From a virus, in the IMG/VR virus record IMGVR_UViG_3300030118_007055, positions 20,210 through 84,209 of that record: DNA of 64,000 bases; one strand, written 5' to 3'. The notes beneath the pieces were generated by a model. The model ran no database searches. It worked only from the letters and a program-made list of their open reading frames with translations, and was not told the DNA's origin. Shown piece after piece: positions 19,870 to 29,335 of this stretch. Position 1 is the first letter of the stretch, and each line of letters opens with the position of its first letter. Both the position numbers and the translations under genes were made by a program.

Positions 19870-20324
19870 ATTTTAGCGACGTATGTTTCTGAGTCTTTTA
19901 CAAAACCCATTTTTTTATAAAAATTACATATTTTTTCAAACTTATCTGACTTACAAACGGCAGACATACTAACATATTCAAACTCTTGTTTTTTAGCAAA
20001 TTCTAATGCTTTAGCTAGCAATTTAAAGCTTGCTTTTGGGTTATTAGATATCCAAGCATATTCTACAAATATTTTTTTTGCAAACTTTTCACTCTTATGG
20101 TTCATGAAAGATATAACTGCATCATAATTGCCATCGGTATTTAAATTAGCCCAAACAAAAAAATCCCATAATAAAACTTTACTGTTAGCGTAAGATGACA
20201 TGATTGATTCTATATCATGTGGAAAAAACTGATGGAACCCATCCTGATCTTTTTCTCCAAATAAATTATAAATATCTCGTGCGACCTTTCGAAATTTATC
20301 AGGGTTTGTGATCCTCTCTATCAT
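19866..20324 (-). CDS. GNAT-like acetyltransferase-fold protein
   Basis: LLAKALEFAKKQ.F..V...NFYKKMGF, a typical GNAT C-terminal pattern. Confidence 0.6.
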   Translation of the reverse strand: MIERITNPDKFRKVARDIYNLFGEKDQDGFHQFFPHDIESIMSSYANSKVLLWDFFVWANLNTDGNYDAVISFMNHKSEKFAKKIFVEYAWISNNPKASFKLLAKALEFAKKQEFEYVSMSAVCKSDKFEKICNFYKKMGFVKDSETYVAKI

Positions 20325-21085
20325 TATTTTTTTAATACTGCTATTAACTTCCTAGCGTCTTTAGCTGATATATCTTCAAAAGAGGACCAGTCTCTTGCCT
20401 GTTCATTGCGATAAGTTTCTTTCTTCCAAAAATCTCTTAGTATCGATTTAAAATCATTAAATGATGTAACATTATGTTTTGTTTTAAGTATTTTCTCTAA
20501 AAGATCAGTTGGAGTTATTGCAGGTGCATCATCATATTCAACGCTAATTGAATTATCGGCATTTTTAGATTTATCAATTTCATCTGCACCTACGATATGC
20601 ACATTCAAATAATTCCTCACACATCTTACAAAAGCTCTATTGCAAGCTATAGTCTCTAAAAATTTCATGCAAAAATCATCAGTATTTAGTTCTGAAGCGT
20701 TAGCAAAATCTGTATACGTAATGATAGAGTCGTTAGCGGTCTCGTAATTATTTGACCAACATATGGTGCATTTAGCAGTTACATAACTAGCTGACACATT
20801 CTTAACATCAAAATCAACTGATATATAACCTCTTAACTTAGCAAGCTCTTTTATACCACCCAACATGATTAGAAGTTGTCGATCCTCTAACCCCTCAATT
20901 GAATCTGGTACAGGTTTTTTTCTAATATTAAACCAATCCTTATTAGGATATAAAAACTCAGGTTTAATCATAGCTCTCCAATTTACAGAGCCGTCATCAT
21001 TAAAAATATAATTTACATTATCTAAAAGCCCGTGCTCATTTCTTTTATAAATATCGGGTCCATACTTTTTTTTAGCTTTGCTCAT
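20324..21085 (-). CDS. putative single-strand annealing protein (Rad52/Sak-like) or conserved phage protein
   Basis: GIKELAKLRG...A.A...N......TIA.NRAFVRCVRNYL pattern reminiscent of phage SSAPs. Start MSKAKK assumed. Confidence 0.45.
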   Translation of the reverse strand: MSKAKKKYGPDIYKRNEHGLLDNVNYIFNDDGSVNWRAMIKPEFLYPNKDWFNIRKKPVPDSIEGLEDRQLLIMLGGIKELAKLRGYISVDFDVKNVSASYVTAKCTICWSNNYETANDSIITYTDFANASELNTDDFCMKFLETIACNRAFVRCVRNYLNVHIVGADEIDKSKNADNSISVEYDDAPAITPTDLLEKILKTKHNVTSFNDFKSILRDFWKKETYRNEQARDWSSFEDISAKDARKLIAVLKK

Positions 21086-22214
21086 ATATAAAAAATTGTT
21101 GTGATTCTTGCCAGAATTCATCAATATCTATCACTCTATCATTATTGTCAAGATTTTTTTTCATGTGAGCCGCGCTAGCATAAACTTTTCCATCTTTTAA
21201 AATTTTCTTCTTAGTAAAAAATTTAGATTTATGGTCTGTAACACAATTTTTAGCACTATCTATATTATAAGTTTGTATATTATAATCAAAATATTGGTTT
21301 TGAATTTTTGGGAGTGATTTAATATTTTTAACTAATATTGTGTATTTTATATTTAATATATTTAAATTTTCAAAATACTCCGAATCAATCTTATCAGAGT
21401 CCTCATCAACAAAAATAAATATTTCTTTTATATTAGATTTATATGGCATCAATTGCTCCATATCAATCGCAAAATCAAAGAATAGTGAACTTTTATGCGC
21501 CGCACAATATTTTTTTAAAGAGTCCATGTCTAAGCCATAATCTGCTCTAATAAATATGTTATAATTTTTATCAACCTCTATGTTATGAAAACTTGTGGGT
21601 ACGATTTCTACAGCGGGATTTCCAAAGGCATGACCAGCTTGCAATGTTTTAAAATTAACTTTTAATTTTTCTATTTTAATTAACTTTAAAATTGATTGAG
21701 CTATTAACTCTGGTTTGATAAAATTTATCTGTCTTTTAGGATCTTGAGGCGCAAAACAAGGATTTTTATCCCATTCTGGCTCTAAGTCTATAACTTTAGA
21801 TGAATCACCTAATAATGGCTTCGTAAGGCTCTTATAAATGTTTCCGTAAATGTTAACTGAGGGTATCCTTTTAAAGTTCGCTATCTGACTTAAAACTCCA
21901 TCACAGCCAACGTAAAGCATACTTTTCGATATTATATAAGCTTGCTGTTTTAAAGGCAAATTAAGTGTTTTATTAACTCCCTCTATATGATTAGCTGAAC
22001 CTAACTGCACAACTTTTATGTTATGTTTATGGAATAAAGGTCTGAGTATATGTACAACTATATTAAAATATTTATAGTTTCTAGAATGAGTTGAATCCTC
22101 ATTATATATGACTATATATTTATCAAATTCTAAGGGGAAAAAATGATCTTTAAATATTGGCTTAGATATTTTAACACCTAAACTTTTTGCATATTCTTTT
22201 AATAAGTGGGGCAT
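21072..22214 (-). CDS. GT9 (heptosyltransferase-like) C-terminal lobe plus an unknown domain
   Basis: VVQLGS...LPLKQQAYIISKSMLYVGCDGVLSQIA....PSVNIYG. Confidence 0.7.
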   Translation of the reverse strand: MPHLLKEYAKSLGVKISKPIFKDHFFPLEFDKYIVIYNEDSTHSRNYKYFNIVVHILRPLFHKHNIKVVQLGSANHIEGVNKTLNLPLKQQAYIISKSMLYVGCDGVLSQIANFKRIPSVNIYGNIYKSLTKPLLGDSSKVIDLEPEWDKNPCFAPQDPKRQINFIKPELIAQSILKLIKIEKLKVNFKTLQAGHAFGNPAVEIVPTSFHNIEVDKNYNIFIRADYGLDMDSLKKYCAAHKSSLFFDFAIDMEQLMPYKSNIKEIFIFVDEDSDKIDSEYFENLNILNIKYTILVKNIKSLPKIQNQYFDYNIQTYNIDSAKNCVTDHKSKFFTKKKILKDGKVYASAAHMKKNLDNNDRVIDIDEFWQESQQFFIYEQS

Positions 22215-24103
22215 TACGTTAAAGAAAATTGAATTTTATCTTTACCATTATGTAGATATGATATTTGTTTTTGAGTTGTAGCATGAGGATGAAAAATCAT
22301 TTCAAAATAACCCTCATGATCTGAGCATCCTTCCATTGCTAGCGTGTCCTCTAAGATGGGACTATATGGTAAAAGTTTATGAATATTTGGGTGGTCATCG
22401 ACACAGGAAAAATACTTTGGGTTTGTGAAAACATATATATTATGTTTTTTGTAAAGTTTTTTTACGTTAGTTAGTAAGCAATTAACAAAAAATAAATCAA
22501 TCTCAGATTGAGGTAAAACAACGGCAATTCTTTTTTCTTTACCTTCATTGTCAAGCAACTCGCTCAAATCCCGCGTAGATCTTTTAGCTATTATATCTTG
22601 AGCGGTTTTTTTAAAATGATTAACAATTTCAATGGGTTTTACACCAGAGTTTATATGACCCATCCAATGTTTAAATCCTGCTGTATTCTCATCTACGTCC
22701 TCATTTAAAATATTTTTATATATATCTATCAAAAAATCTTTAGAGCTTGGATAATTATTCTTTGGCTCATAATCAATATTAAAAAATAATTTTTTTAAAT
22801 TAAAATCATAATCAACATCGGGCATCTCATCAATTATTTTTTCTAATTTTTTACCTATAACCTCTACTGAAAAATTGTCTATTACCCACTGCCTAGATTT
22901 TTGTCCTAATTTTTTTCTATCATCTAAGCTCATATCATGAACTTTTTTAAGATTTTCAAAAATACTATCTGGTGAAGTTGAAGCTTTAATGAACTGAGTC
23001 CCAGGTTCTCTGTACTCACTCCAAGTTAATGGCAGACCGCCGCTTTCATGTGAACAGCTATCCTCACCGCATGAATAATTAGTTACAAGAGTAATCAATT
23101 CTGTTAATTTAGCCTCTTGAACTGGTATCTCTTGACCGCCACTAGTAAAGGGATGGCAATAAACATCCATTAAATTATAAATTTCATTAAGCTGCTTCTC
23201 TGTAACCCCTTTATTGGTATTAGTTGTATTTAAGCATTTTTGCGCTCCACATTTATTACAATTATTTTCTTGCCCGCTAAAGACTTTAACTTGGTATGAA
23301 TTACAGTTGCTACAAACATAAGTTGTTAAAATATCGTTTATATCAATATTTTTTTCCTCTAGCATCCTAGGTATATCCCAACCCTCAGCCCAATGAGTAT
23401 GCAGTAATAATTTAGCTCTAGGCTGCACTTTTTTAAACAACTTAAAACCATCTAATAAATTTGGCACACTCTTTCTTAATTGATTTCTAAAAACAAAACC
23501 TATTATATATTCATTACTTAAATTATTTTTTTGTCTTAAAATGTCCCTATCTTGATCAGATAGTCTATGAAAACTACTAGTATCTAAAGAACCTCTTAAA
23601 GTCTTTACGTGGTCATATCCCATTTCTTTGAAGGCTTTTTCAGCAAAAGTAGACCACACGTAATAATTTTTAATCTTAGGAGCGAAATCTACAGCTTGTG
23701 GTAATATTGGTAGACTATCTAAAGTAGTCCAAATCATCGTATTGACTTTGTTCCACCAAGGTTTGCTAGAAAAATCACCAAAAGCCCAAATATCTTCTAT
23801 GCCTATGTAAACATCAGGTTTAAATTCTTCTATAGCTTTATCCACTAACTTATTACCATACCCCTCCTTTCTTTGTTCATCTGGACTTAATCCTTGTAGT
23901 TGATTATGAGGCGGTAACGCTCCTTTACATGTCCAAGGAACAGTTTTTGCATGAGCATCATCCCATTGTAAAGCGTTCGCTAACTCAACTATGTTATACT
24001 TTCCAGTATTATAAAGATAACGTAAAATATTTTTTTTATTTTTGCCAAAACCAGTAAAAGCTCTGCAAAAATTAGAATGAATTAAAACTGTTTTTTTCTT
24101 CAT
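22214..24103 (-). CDS. GT4-like glycosyltransferase with a Zn-ribbon insert and a C-terminal GT9 N-lobe
   Basis: TGFG, GFVFRNQLRKS, LNEIYNLMDVY.HP..SGGQEIPVQEA; CxxC..CxxC insert; tail KRIAVVLP...LYKKHNIYVFT. Confidence 0.8.
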   Translation of the reverse strand: MKKKTVLIHSNFCRAFTGFGKNKKNILRYLYNTGKYNIVELANALQWDDAHAKTVPWTCKGALPPHNQLQGLSPDEQRKEGYGNKLVDKAIEEFKPDVYIGIEDIWAFGDFSSKPWWNKVNTMIWTTLDSLPILPQAVDFAPKIKNYYVWSTFAEKAFKEMGYDHVKTLRGSLDTSSFHRLSDQDRDILRQKNNLSNEYIIGFVFRNQLRKSVPNLLDGFKLFKKVQPRAKLLLHTHWAEGWDIPRMLEEKNIDINDILTTYVCSNCNSYQVKVFSGQENNCNKCGAQKCLNTTNTNKGVTEKQLNEIYNLMDVYCHPFTSGGQEIPVQEAKLTELITLVTNYSCGEDSCSHESGGLPLTWSEYREPGTQFIKASTSPDSIFENLKKVHDMSLDDRKKLGQKSRQWVIDNFSVEVIGKKLEKIIDEMPDVDYDFNLKKLFFNIDYEPKNNYPSSKDFLIDIYKNILNEDVDENTAGFKHWMGHINSGVKPIEIVNHFKKTAQDIIAKRSTRDLSELLDNEGKEKRIAVVLPQSEIDLFFVNCLLTNVKKLYKKHNIYVFTNPKYFSCVDDHPNIHKLLPYSPILEDTLAMEGCSDHEGYFEMIFHPHATTQKQISYLHNGKDKIQFSLT

Positions 24104-24591
24104 TAATTGCTAGACGATCTAAGATCTTTAGCTTTTTGCAATCTATGTAAGTAAAGTTCTTGCAAATAAACCTTTAAAAACTCCAGTAAAGAGTAAGCTT
24201 CAGACATTTCAACTCCAATACCAAATTTATTTGCTGAGTTTCTATTTATAGAGAAAGAAAACGCTTTTGTACCATCTTTTTTATTATATGGTTTAAAAGA
24301 TATGGCTGTTTTATTATCTTGATAAGAATGAAAAGCAGAGAATTCGCAATAATTAGTTATTGCATTTATCAAACCGCCAACCTCTATCTCATTAAGTTTT
24401 AGTGAGATGGATTTCTCTGTGTTTTTGGCGTTTTCCGAAAATGATCCAGTTCTTTTTTCTTGATTCCAAGAAAATTGTTTTATGGCTCTTACAAAAATAC
24501 AAGGCTCTTTATTTTTTTGGTTTGGCCCAATATCAAAGCTGACGGCACACCCAGTATTTTTAGAATTAGGCTTATAGTATTGTACAATCAT
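24103..24591 (-). CDS. conserved hypothetical protein, possibly Whirly/PC4-like ssDNA-binding fold
   Basis: Internally duplicated beta-rich/helix pattern (ISLKLNEIEVGGLI and FGIGVEMSEAYSLL). Confidence 0.45.
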   Translation of the reverse strand: MIVQYYKPNSKNTGCAVSFDIGPNQKNKEPCIFVRAIKQFSWNQEKRTGSFSENAKNTEKSISLKLNEIEVGGLINAITNYCEFSAFHSYQDNKTAISFKPYNKKDGTKAFSFSINRNSANKFGIGVEMSEAYSLLEFLKVYLQELYLHRLQKAKDLRSSSN

Positions 24592-24759
24592 GTACGATAC
24601 TATTAATAAAGTAGTATTTTTCTATATAAAATTACTTTTGAGCTTTTTTTATTTGATCAGTAGTAGGAGCGCCCTTATCTCCTTTTTTACGCATTTTTTC
24701 GCCTGATCCTCTTTTAATGCGTTCTCTTTTTTTTCTAATATTTTCCCAAAGACTACTCT

Positions 24760-25803
24760 TTACTTCGCCTTTTTTTTTTCTTTAAGAATTTCTTTATGGC
24801 GCTTCATGAACTGATCATGACTTCTTCCAGGCATATAGACGGGCTTTCCATCTTTACCTTTATGCATATGAATACCCTGCAAACCTAATTTTTTTGCATC
24901 TTTCATGGCCTCTTTAGCTGTAGGGAAAGAGTGATCCATAGGGTCGTCAGCAGCCTCTATTTTTTTCTTATGATGCATCCCAGCCTTAGTTTTTTCATCT
25001 TTGTGCATACCACCTTTCATTTTTTCCTTATCCTTGTGCATGCCGCCTTTCATTTTCTCTTCATCCTTGTGCATGCCAGCCTTAGTTTTCTTGTCCTCAT
25101 GCATGCCACCTTTCATTTTTTTCTTGTCTCCGTGCATACCAGCCTTCATTTTCTTCTTATCCTCATGCATACCAGCTTTTGTCTTTTTCTTTTCATGCAT
25201 GCCAGCTTTGCTTTCTTCATCTCCATCATGATAATTGGCCTCTTTTGTATCATAATGATGATTAGCTTTACCTTCCTCTTTCATTTTTTTAAGGATGGCC
25301 TCTTGTAAAGCTGGTGGCAACTTCTTTTGTTTTTCAGTAAGTTGGCCATTTGTATTTTCCATGAGCATTGGCCTATCCTTGCTATACTGAACGCCACACG
25401 CTTTCATAGTATTATCCAAATTCATATCCTTGGTATCTATCATATCAGCGTCATTCATAGCACAATGACTCATATAGGATTTGAATATTTTAGTTTCTTT
25501 TTCGTCCATTTTATGACGATTAGATTTTGACTTTTCGTTATCGTGATAGCTAGCTTCGCTCATTTTAGTTTTTGGTTTATTAAAGTAAAAAAATAAATCT
25601 TCATCATCCCATGGACCTTTTCCATCTAAAAACTCATTTCCTACAGAAACAGAAGCTTTTTTGGATGCTTTTTCGAATTGTGATATGCAAACAGCAACTC
25701 TTTGTTTATTATCTCCAAACTCCCCCTTTTCAGATAAATTAGCAACGCATCTACTCATAAAGTCAGAGCGTTTTTCTTTATCATTTGGCGTTGGAATTGG
25801 CAT
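24760..25803 (-). CDS. modular Lys/His/Met-rich phage protein (probable late/head-associated); likely extended to 24632 by a -1 frameshift
   Basis: N-terminal MPIPTP...E..DFMSRC...QRVAVC motif, KAGMH repeats and a GIHMH...VYMPG motif; GTGTAA upstream. Confidence 0.75.
   Translation of the reverse strand: MPIPTPNDKEKRSDFMSRCVANLSEKGEFGDNKQRVAVCISQFEKASKKASVSVGNEFLDGKGPWDDEDLFFYFNKPKTKMSEASYHDNEKSKSNRHKMDEKETKIFKSYMSHCAMNDADMIDTKDMNLDNTMKACGVQYSKDRPMLMENTNGQLTEKQKKLPPALQEAILKKMKEEGKANHHYDTKEANYHDGDEESKAGMHEKKKTKAGMHEDKKKMKAGMHGDKKKMKGGMHEDKKTKAGMHKDEEKMKGGMHKDKEKMKGGMHKDEKTKAGMHHKKKIEAADDPMDHSFPTAKEAMKDAKKLGLQGIHMHKGKDGKPVYMPGRSHDQFMKRHKEILKEKKKAK
24965..25209 (-). repeat. eight tandem 30-33 nt coding repeats, K[AG]GMH(x5-6)
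   Basis: KAGMHEKKKT/KAGMHEDKKKM/KAGMHGDKKKM/KGGMHEDKKT/KAGMHKDEEKM/KGGMHKDKEKM/KGGMHKDEKT/KAGMHHKKK. Confidence 0.9.
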
Positions 25804-25828
25804 TTTGTATACAATATTACACAAAATA

Positions 25829-26881
25829 TTACTTTTTTGCACCTAAAATCGGCTCAGTCAATGATTTTAGAATGAAATCTTTATTATTTATAAAAATAGG
25901 TATTTTTTTAAAATAATTTAAATTATTATGAAACTGACTTATGCACTCGGTAATGTGTTCGGCTCTTAGAAATTTTAAAAAATAAATCTCCCTTAGATAC
26001 GTAGAAATTGTTTGTAAAAGTTTCTTTCTTACGGCGAATGCGAAAAAATTATTGAAATCTGCAAAGCTAGCATCTTTATAAGACTCTATAAAAGATTTAA
26101 TCAAAAGGTTTTTTTGCGCCTCTGTTAAGCCCATTTCTAATATTAAATCGCATAAATCTATAAATGGGTGAAAATTACAAAAATTATCTAATTTATCAAA
26201 AAAAATTAAATTTTCTTTTAAATATATAGAATTGGTGCTCATGTTACCTAAACAGGGTTTATAGCTAGATAATTCAGGCAGATGTTTTTCAAGATCTTTG
26301 GCTAAATCCTTATATATTTTTTCGAAACATTTATAATCACTGTTTTTATCTATATTAGCTTTGGTTTCAGTATCGAAATACGCAGTAAAATTACACTCAT
26401 CAAATAGCTCTTTTAAATAGCTTGTTTTACCTCTATTTACTTGTAAATCATCACATAAATATTGGTGAGTTTTAAATAAAGCATCTGAATTTTGTATGAT
26501 AAAGGTTCTACCTAAATTTTTTAAAGATAAAGAATTTGGAAACTGAATAAGTGAGCAAACGATCTCCTCTGTAATTTGAATTTTTTTTAACGTAATAAAT
26601 TTGCCAGAGGCATAACCTTTAAGCTTTTTTAATATATTAGCCTCCCTCTTTAAATATTTGTCATTTATATCAAAAGATATTTTCAGTAGGTAAAATTTAT
26701 TGTCAGAAGATGTTATTGAGTAAGTGTCATAATTTAGACAAGTATCAAAAAAATCTAAATTTTTAATATCTATAGAAGCGCCAAGTTTATCTAAAACTAC
26801 GCGTAAAAACTTTTCAGATGAAGATTTAAAAGACGGGGTATTTATTATGTATGCTCTGTTATTAAATAAATTTATATTCAT
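25829..26881 (-). CDS. APH/choline-kinase-like fold protein, degenerate
   Basis: FYLLKI.....LKREANILKKL N-lobe; CLGNM...I...LIFFD replaces the HGD..N..IDW pattern. Confidence 0.5.
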   Translation of the reverse strand: MNINLFNNRAYIINTPSFKSSSEKFLRVVLDKLGASIDIKNLDFFDTCLNYDTYSITSSDNKFYLLKISFDINDKYLKREANILKKLKGYASGKFITLKKIQITEEIVCSLIQFPNSLSLKNLGRTFIIQNSDALFKTHQYLCDDLQVNRGKTSYLKELFDECNFTAYFDTETKANIDKNSDYKCFEKIYKDLAKDLEKHLPELSSYKPCLGNMSTNSIYLKENLIFFDKLDNFCNFHPFIDLCDLILEMGLTEAQKNLLIKSFIESYKDASFADFNNFFAFAVRKKLLQTISTYLREIYFLKFLRAEHITECISQFHNNLNYFKKIPIFINNKDFILKSLTEPILGAKK

Positions 26882-26882
26882 T

Positions 26883-29324
26883 TTATGAACAACATATACT
26901 TTTATTTTTAACTTTTAATTCTACTTTTTTTGCGTCACAATTTTTGATGAAGTGTTGAGATATTGGGAATTGAATAAATTTTTTAACAAAGCTTTTAATA
27001 TCTCTAGCATGAATTTTTTTACTTTTTATTTCATTAAAAATAAATTTTTTAACATAGGGAGTTAGTTTTAAGATAATGCCCTTCATTTCTAATTTTATTT
27101 TTAGATTATTTATCTCTTTGTTAATAATACTTAGATAAACAGAATCTTTTAAATCATTAAAACTTATAATTTCATCTATTCTTGAAATTAATTCTGGCCT
27201 TAGATATTTTTTTAGAGCCTCACTTTCTAAATTTTTCGGTTGATCTTTATCTTCTAAGAAGCCCATGCTTCTTTTTTGTTTCTGTCGTTGACCAATATTT
27301 GATGTCATTACGACTATGGTGTTAGTAAAATCAATTTTTCTATTCAAATTATCTGTTATATAGCCCTCATCTAGTAAATGCAGTAAAATATCTAATATTT
27401 TTGGCTCGCATTTTTCTATCTCATCAAATACTACCACGCAGTTAGGGTTATTTCTTACGTGTTCAGATAATATGCCACCTTCTTCATAGCCAACATAGCC
27501 AGCGTTTGCACCAATTAGTTTATTTATGCTAGTTTTATCCTGATATTCGCTCATATTAAGTTGAATATATGATTTTTCACTACCAAAAAAGTATTTGGCT
27601 ATATTTTTAGCAGTAAATGTTTTACCTACTCCAGTAGAACCTACAAACAGAAAACTTGATAGGGGTTTATTTTTATCTGATAGACCTGTTTTAGCGCATG
27701 ATAGATTGCTATATATTCTTTCTAATGCGTCATCTTGGCCAAAAACCTCAGATTTCATATTTTCCATAAACTTAGAGAAAATATTCTTTTTTTGCATAAT
27801 TGCTTTCTTTGATACGCCGCTTTTTTCACTAACTACATCTATTATATCATTTTCTTTAATTTTTCTTTTTCTACCCTTACCATTAGAGTTCATAAATGTA
27901 GACATTGTAGTTATATAATCTTTTATGATTTCAGTAAATTTAGCCTCATCAAACTCTGAATTATCATCTAAATTTTTTATTAGGCCAGTAAAAGTCTCGC
28001 GAGCATCAATGACTTTATCTGAGTTTTTAAAATATTTTATCTTAGTTTTAGCTCCAACTTGATCAATCACATCAAAAGCCTTATCTGGAAAATTTTTATT
28101 ACTTAAAAATGTTTCACACAAATCTAAAATCAAATCTATTTCTTTTTCTTCATACTTAACACGATGAAAATTTTCGTAGTATTCTAAGGTATTAATTATA
28201 ATTTTTTTAGTATCTGATTTACTAGGCTGATTAACTAAAATTTTATCAAATCTTCGAGTGATTGCAGAGTCTTTCTCAAAGAATTTTTTGTATTCTTGAA
28301 GGGTTGTAGCACCTATGCATTTTATATTACCGCGAGCTAATGCAGGTTTTAACATATTTGAAGCATCAACACCCCCCTCAGAACTACCAGCTCCAATGAT
28401 AGTATGTATCTCATCTATAAAAAGTATAATATTGTCATCTTTAGAAACTTCATTTATCAATTGTTTAAATCTCTCTTCAAACTCTCCACGATACTTTGTA
28501 CCAGCTAACATTGAAGTTATATCAACTGAGTATATTTGCATTAATGCTAAATGACAGGGTACTTCTTGGTTTACAATCTTTTGTGCTAAACCCTCTACTA
28601 TTGCAGTTTTACCAACTCCAGCATCACCAATGAGAATCGCGTTACATTTATTTTTTTTAAGTAAAATCTCAATCAACTCATTGATTTCTGTGTCTCTGCA
28701 AGAAATTGTTGATGAATTTTCTGTTATAAATTTATGATTTAAATTAACGCAATACTTCTCTAATATTTGTATGCTTTTTAAAGTTTTTTTAGTGTCAATT
28801 TTTTCAAATGAAAAAACTTTTTTACCCTCTATGTGAAAAATATTTTTAACCTGATCTGTAGATGGTATTGATGTCTCTACAACATGAGCTTCTATGATTT
28901 CTTTAGCGTATTGAACCTCAACATTTTTTTGTTTTAAGAATTTTACAAAATCACCGTCCATGTCAAAAATAACGTACAGTATGTGCTCTACTCCAATAAA
29001 ATAGCTGTCAAAGTTGTCTGAAAAATCTTTAGCAAAAAATATCACTTCGTTCACCTCTTCGTGCCAACCTTCTTCATCAGTGTCATACAAATCTTTTCTT
29101 TCTTTGCAGAACTGCTTGAATAATTTTAAAAATTCTTTTATATCTGGATCAAATCCAAAACTTTTAAGTTTTACAACACAACTATCAGATAAATTTACTA
29201 AACACCCATAAATTAAATGACTTATATTGATTAACTTATGGTTGTTAGATTGTGCAAAAGCTTTTGAATCCTTTATGCATTTCTTTGCTTTTGGAGTTAA
29301 ATTGAAATCTGTTAAACCCATCAT
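26883..29324 (-). CDS. clpC: ATP-dependent Clp protease ATPase subunit (ClpA/ClpC-like)
   Basis: Clp N-repeats; Walker A GDAGVGKT and GSTGVGKT; [24 protein letters not shown] and an MGF ClpP-docking loop. Confidence 0.9.
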   Translation of the reverse strand: MMGLTDFNLTPKAKKCIKDSKAFAQSNNHKLINISHLIYGCLVNLSDSCVVKLKSFGFDPDIKEFLKLFKQFCKERKDLYDTDEEGWHEEVNEVIFFAKDFSDNFDSYFIGVEHILYVIFDMDGDFVKFLKQKNVEVQYAKEIIEAHVVETSIPSTDQVKNIFHIEGKKVFSFEKIDTKKTLKSIQILEKYCVNLNHKFITENSSTISCRDTEINELIEILLKKNKCNAILIGDAGVGKTAIVEGLAQKIVNQEVPCHLALMQIYSVDITSMLAGTKYRGEFEERFKQLINEVSKDDNIILFIDEIHTIIGAGSSEGGVDASNMLKPALARGNIKCIGATTLQEYKKFFEKDSAITRRFDKILVNQPSKSDTKKIIINTLEYYENFHRVKYEEKEIDLILDLCETFLSNKNFPDKAFDVIDQVGAKTKIKYFKNSDKVIDARETFTGLIKNLDDNSEFDEAKFTEIIKDYITTMSTFMNSNGKGRKRKIKENDIIDVVSEKSGVSKKAIMQKKNIFSKFMENMKSEVFGQDDALERIYSNLSCAKTGLSDKNKPLSSFLFVGSTGVGKTFTAKNIAKYFFGSEKSYIQLNMSEYQDKTSINKLIGANAGYVGYEEGGILSEHVRNNPNCVVVFDEIEKCEPKILDILLHLLDEGYITDNLNRKIDFTNTIVVMTSNIGQRQKQKRSMGFLEDKDQPKNLESEALKKYLRPELISRIDEIISFNDLKDSVYLSIINKEINNLKIKLEMKGIILKLTPYVKKFIFNEIKSKKIHARDIKSFVKKFIQFPISQHFIKNCDAKKVELKVKNKSICCS

Positions 29325-29335
29325 AAATATTTACA

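Noticed and set aside
24965-25209. 30-33 nt periodic repeats considered as a CRISPR array
   Set aside because: The repeats are in-frame coding units with synonymous variation and no unique spacers; no cas1/cas2 nearby.
24931-25530. Hydrophobic plus-strand ORFs (125, 76 and 67 aa) that look like membrane proteins
   Set aside because: Antisense translations of the Lys-rich KAGMH repeat gene (AAA read as TTT).
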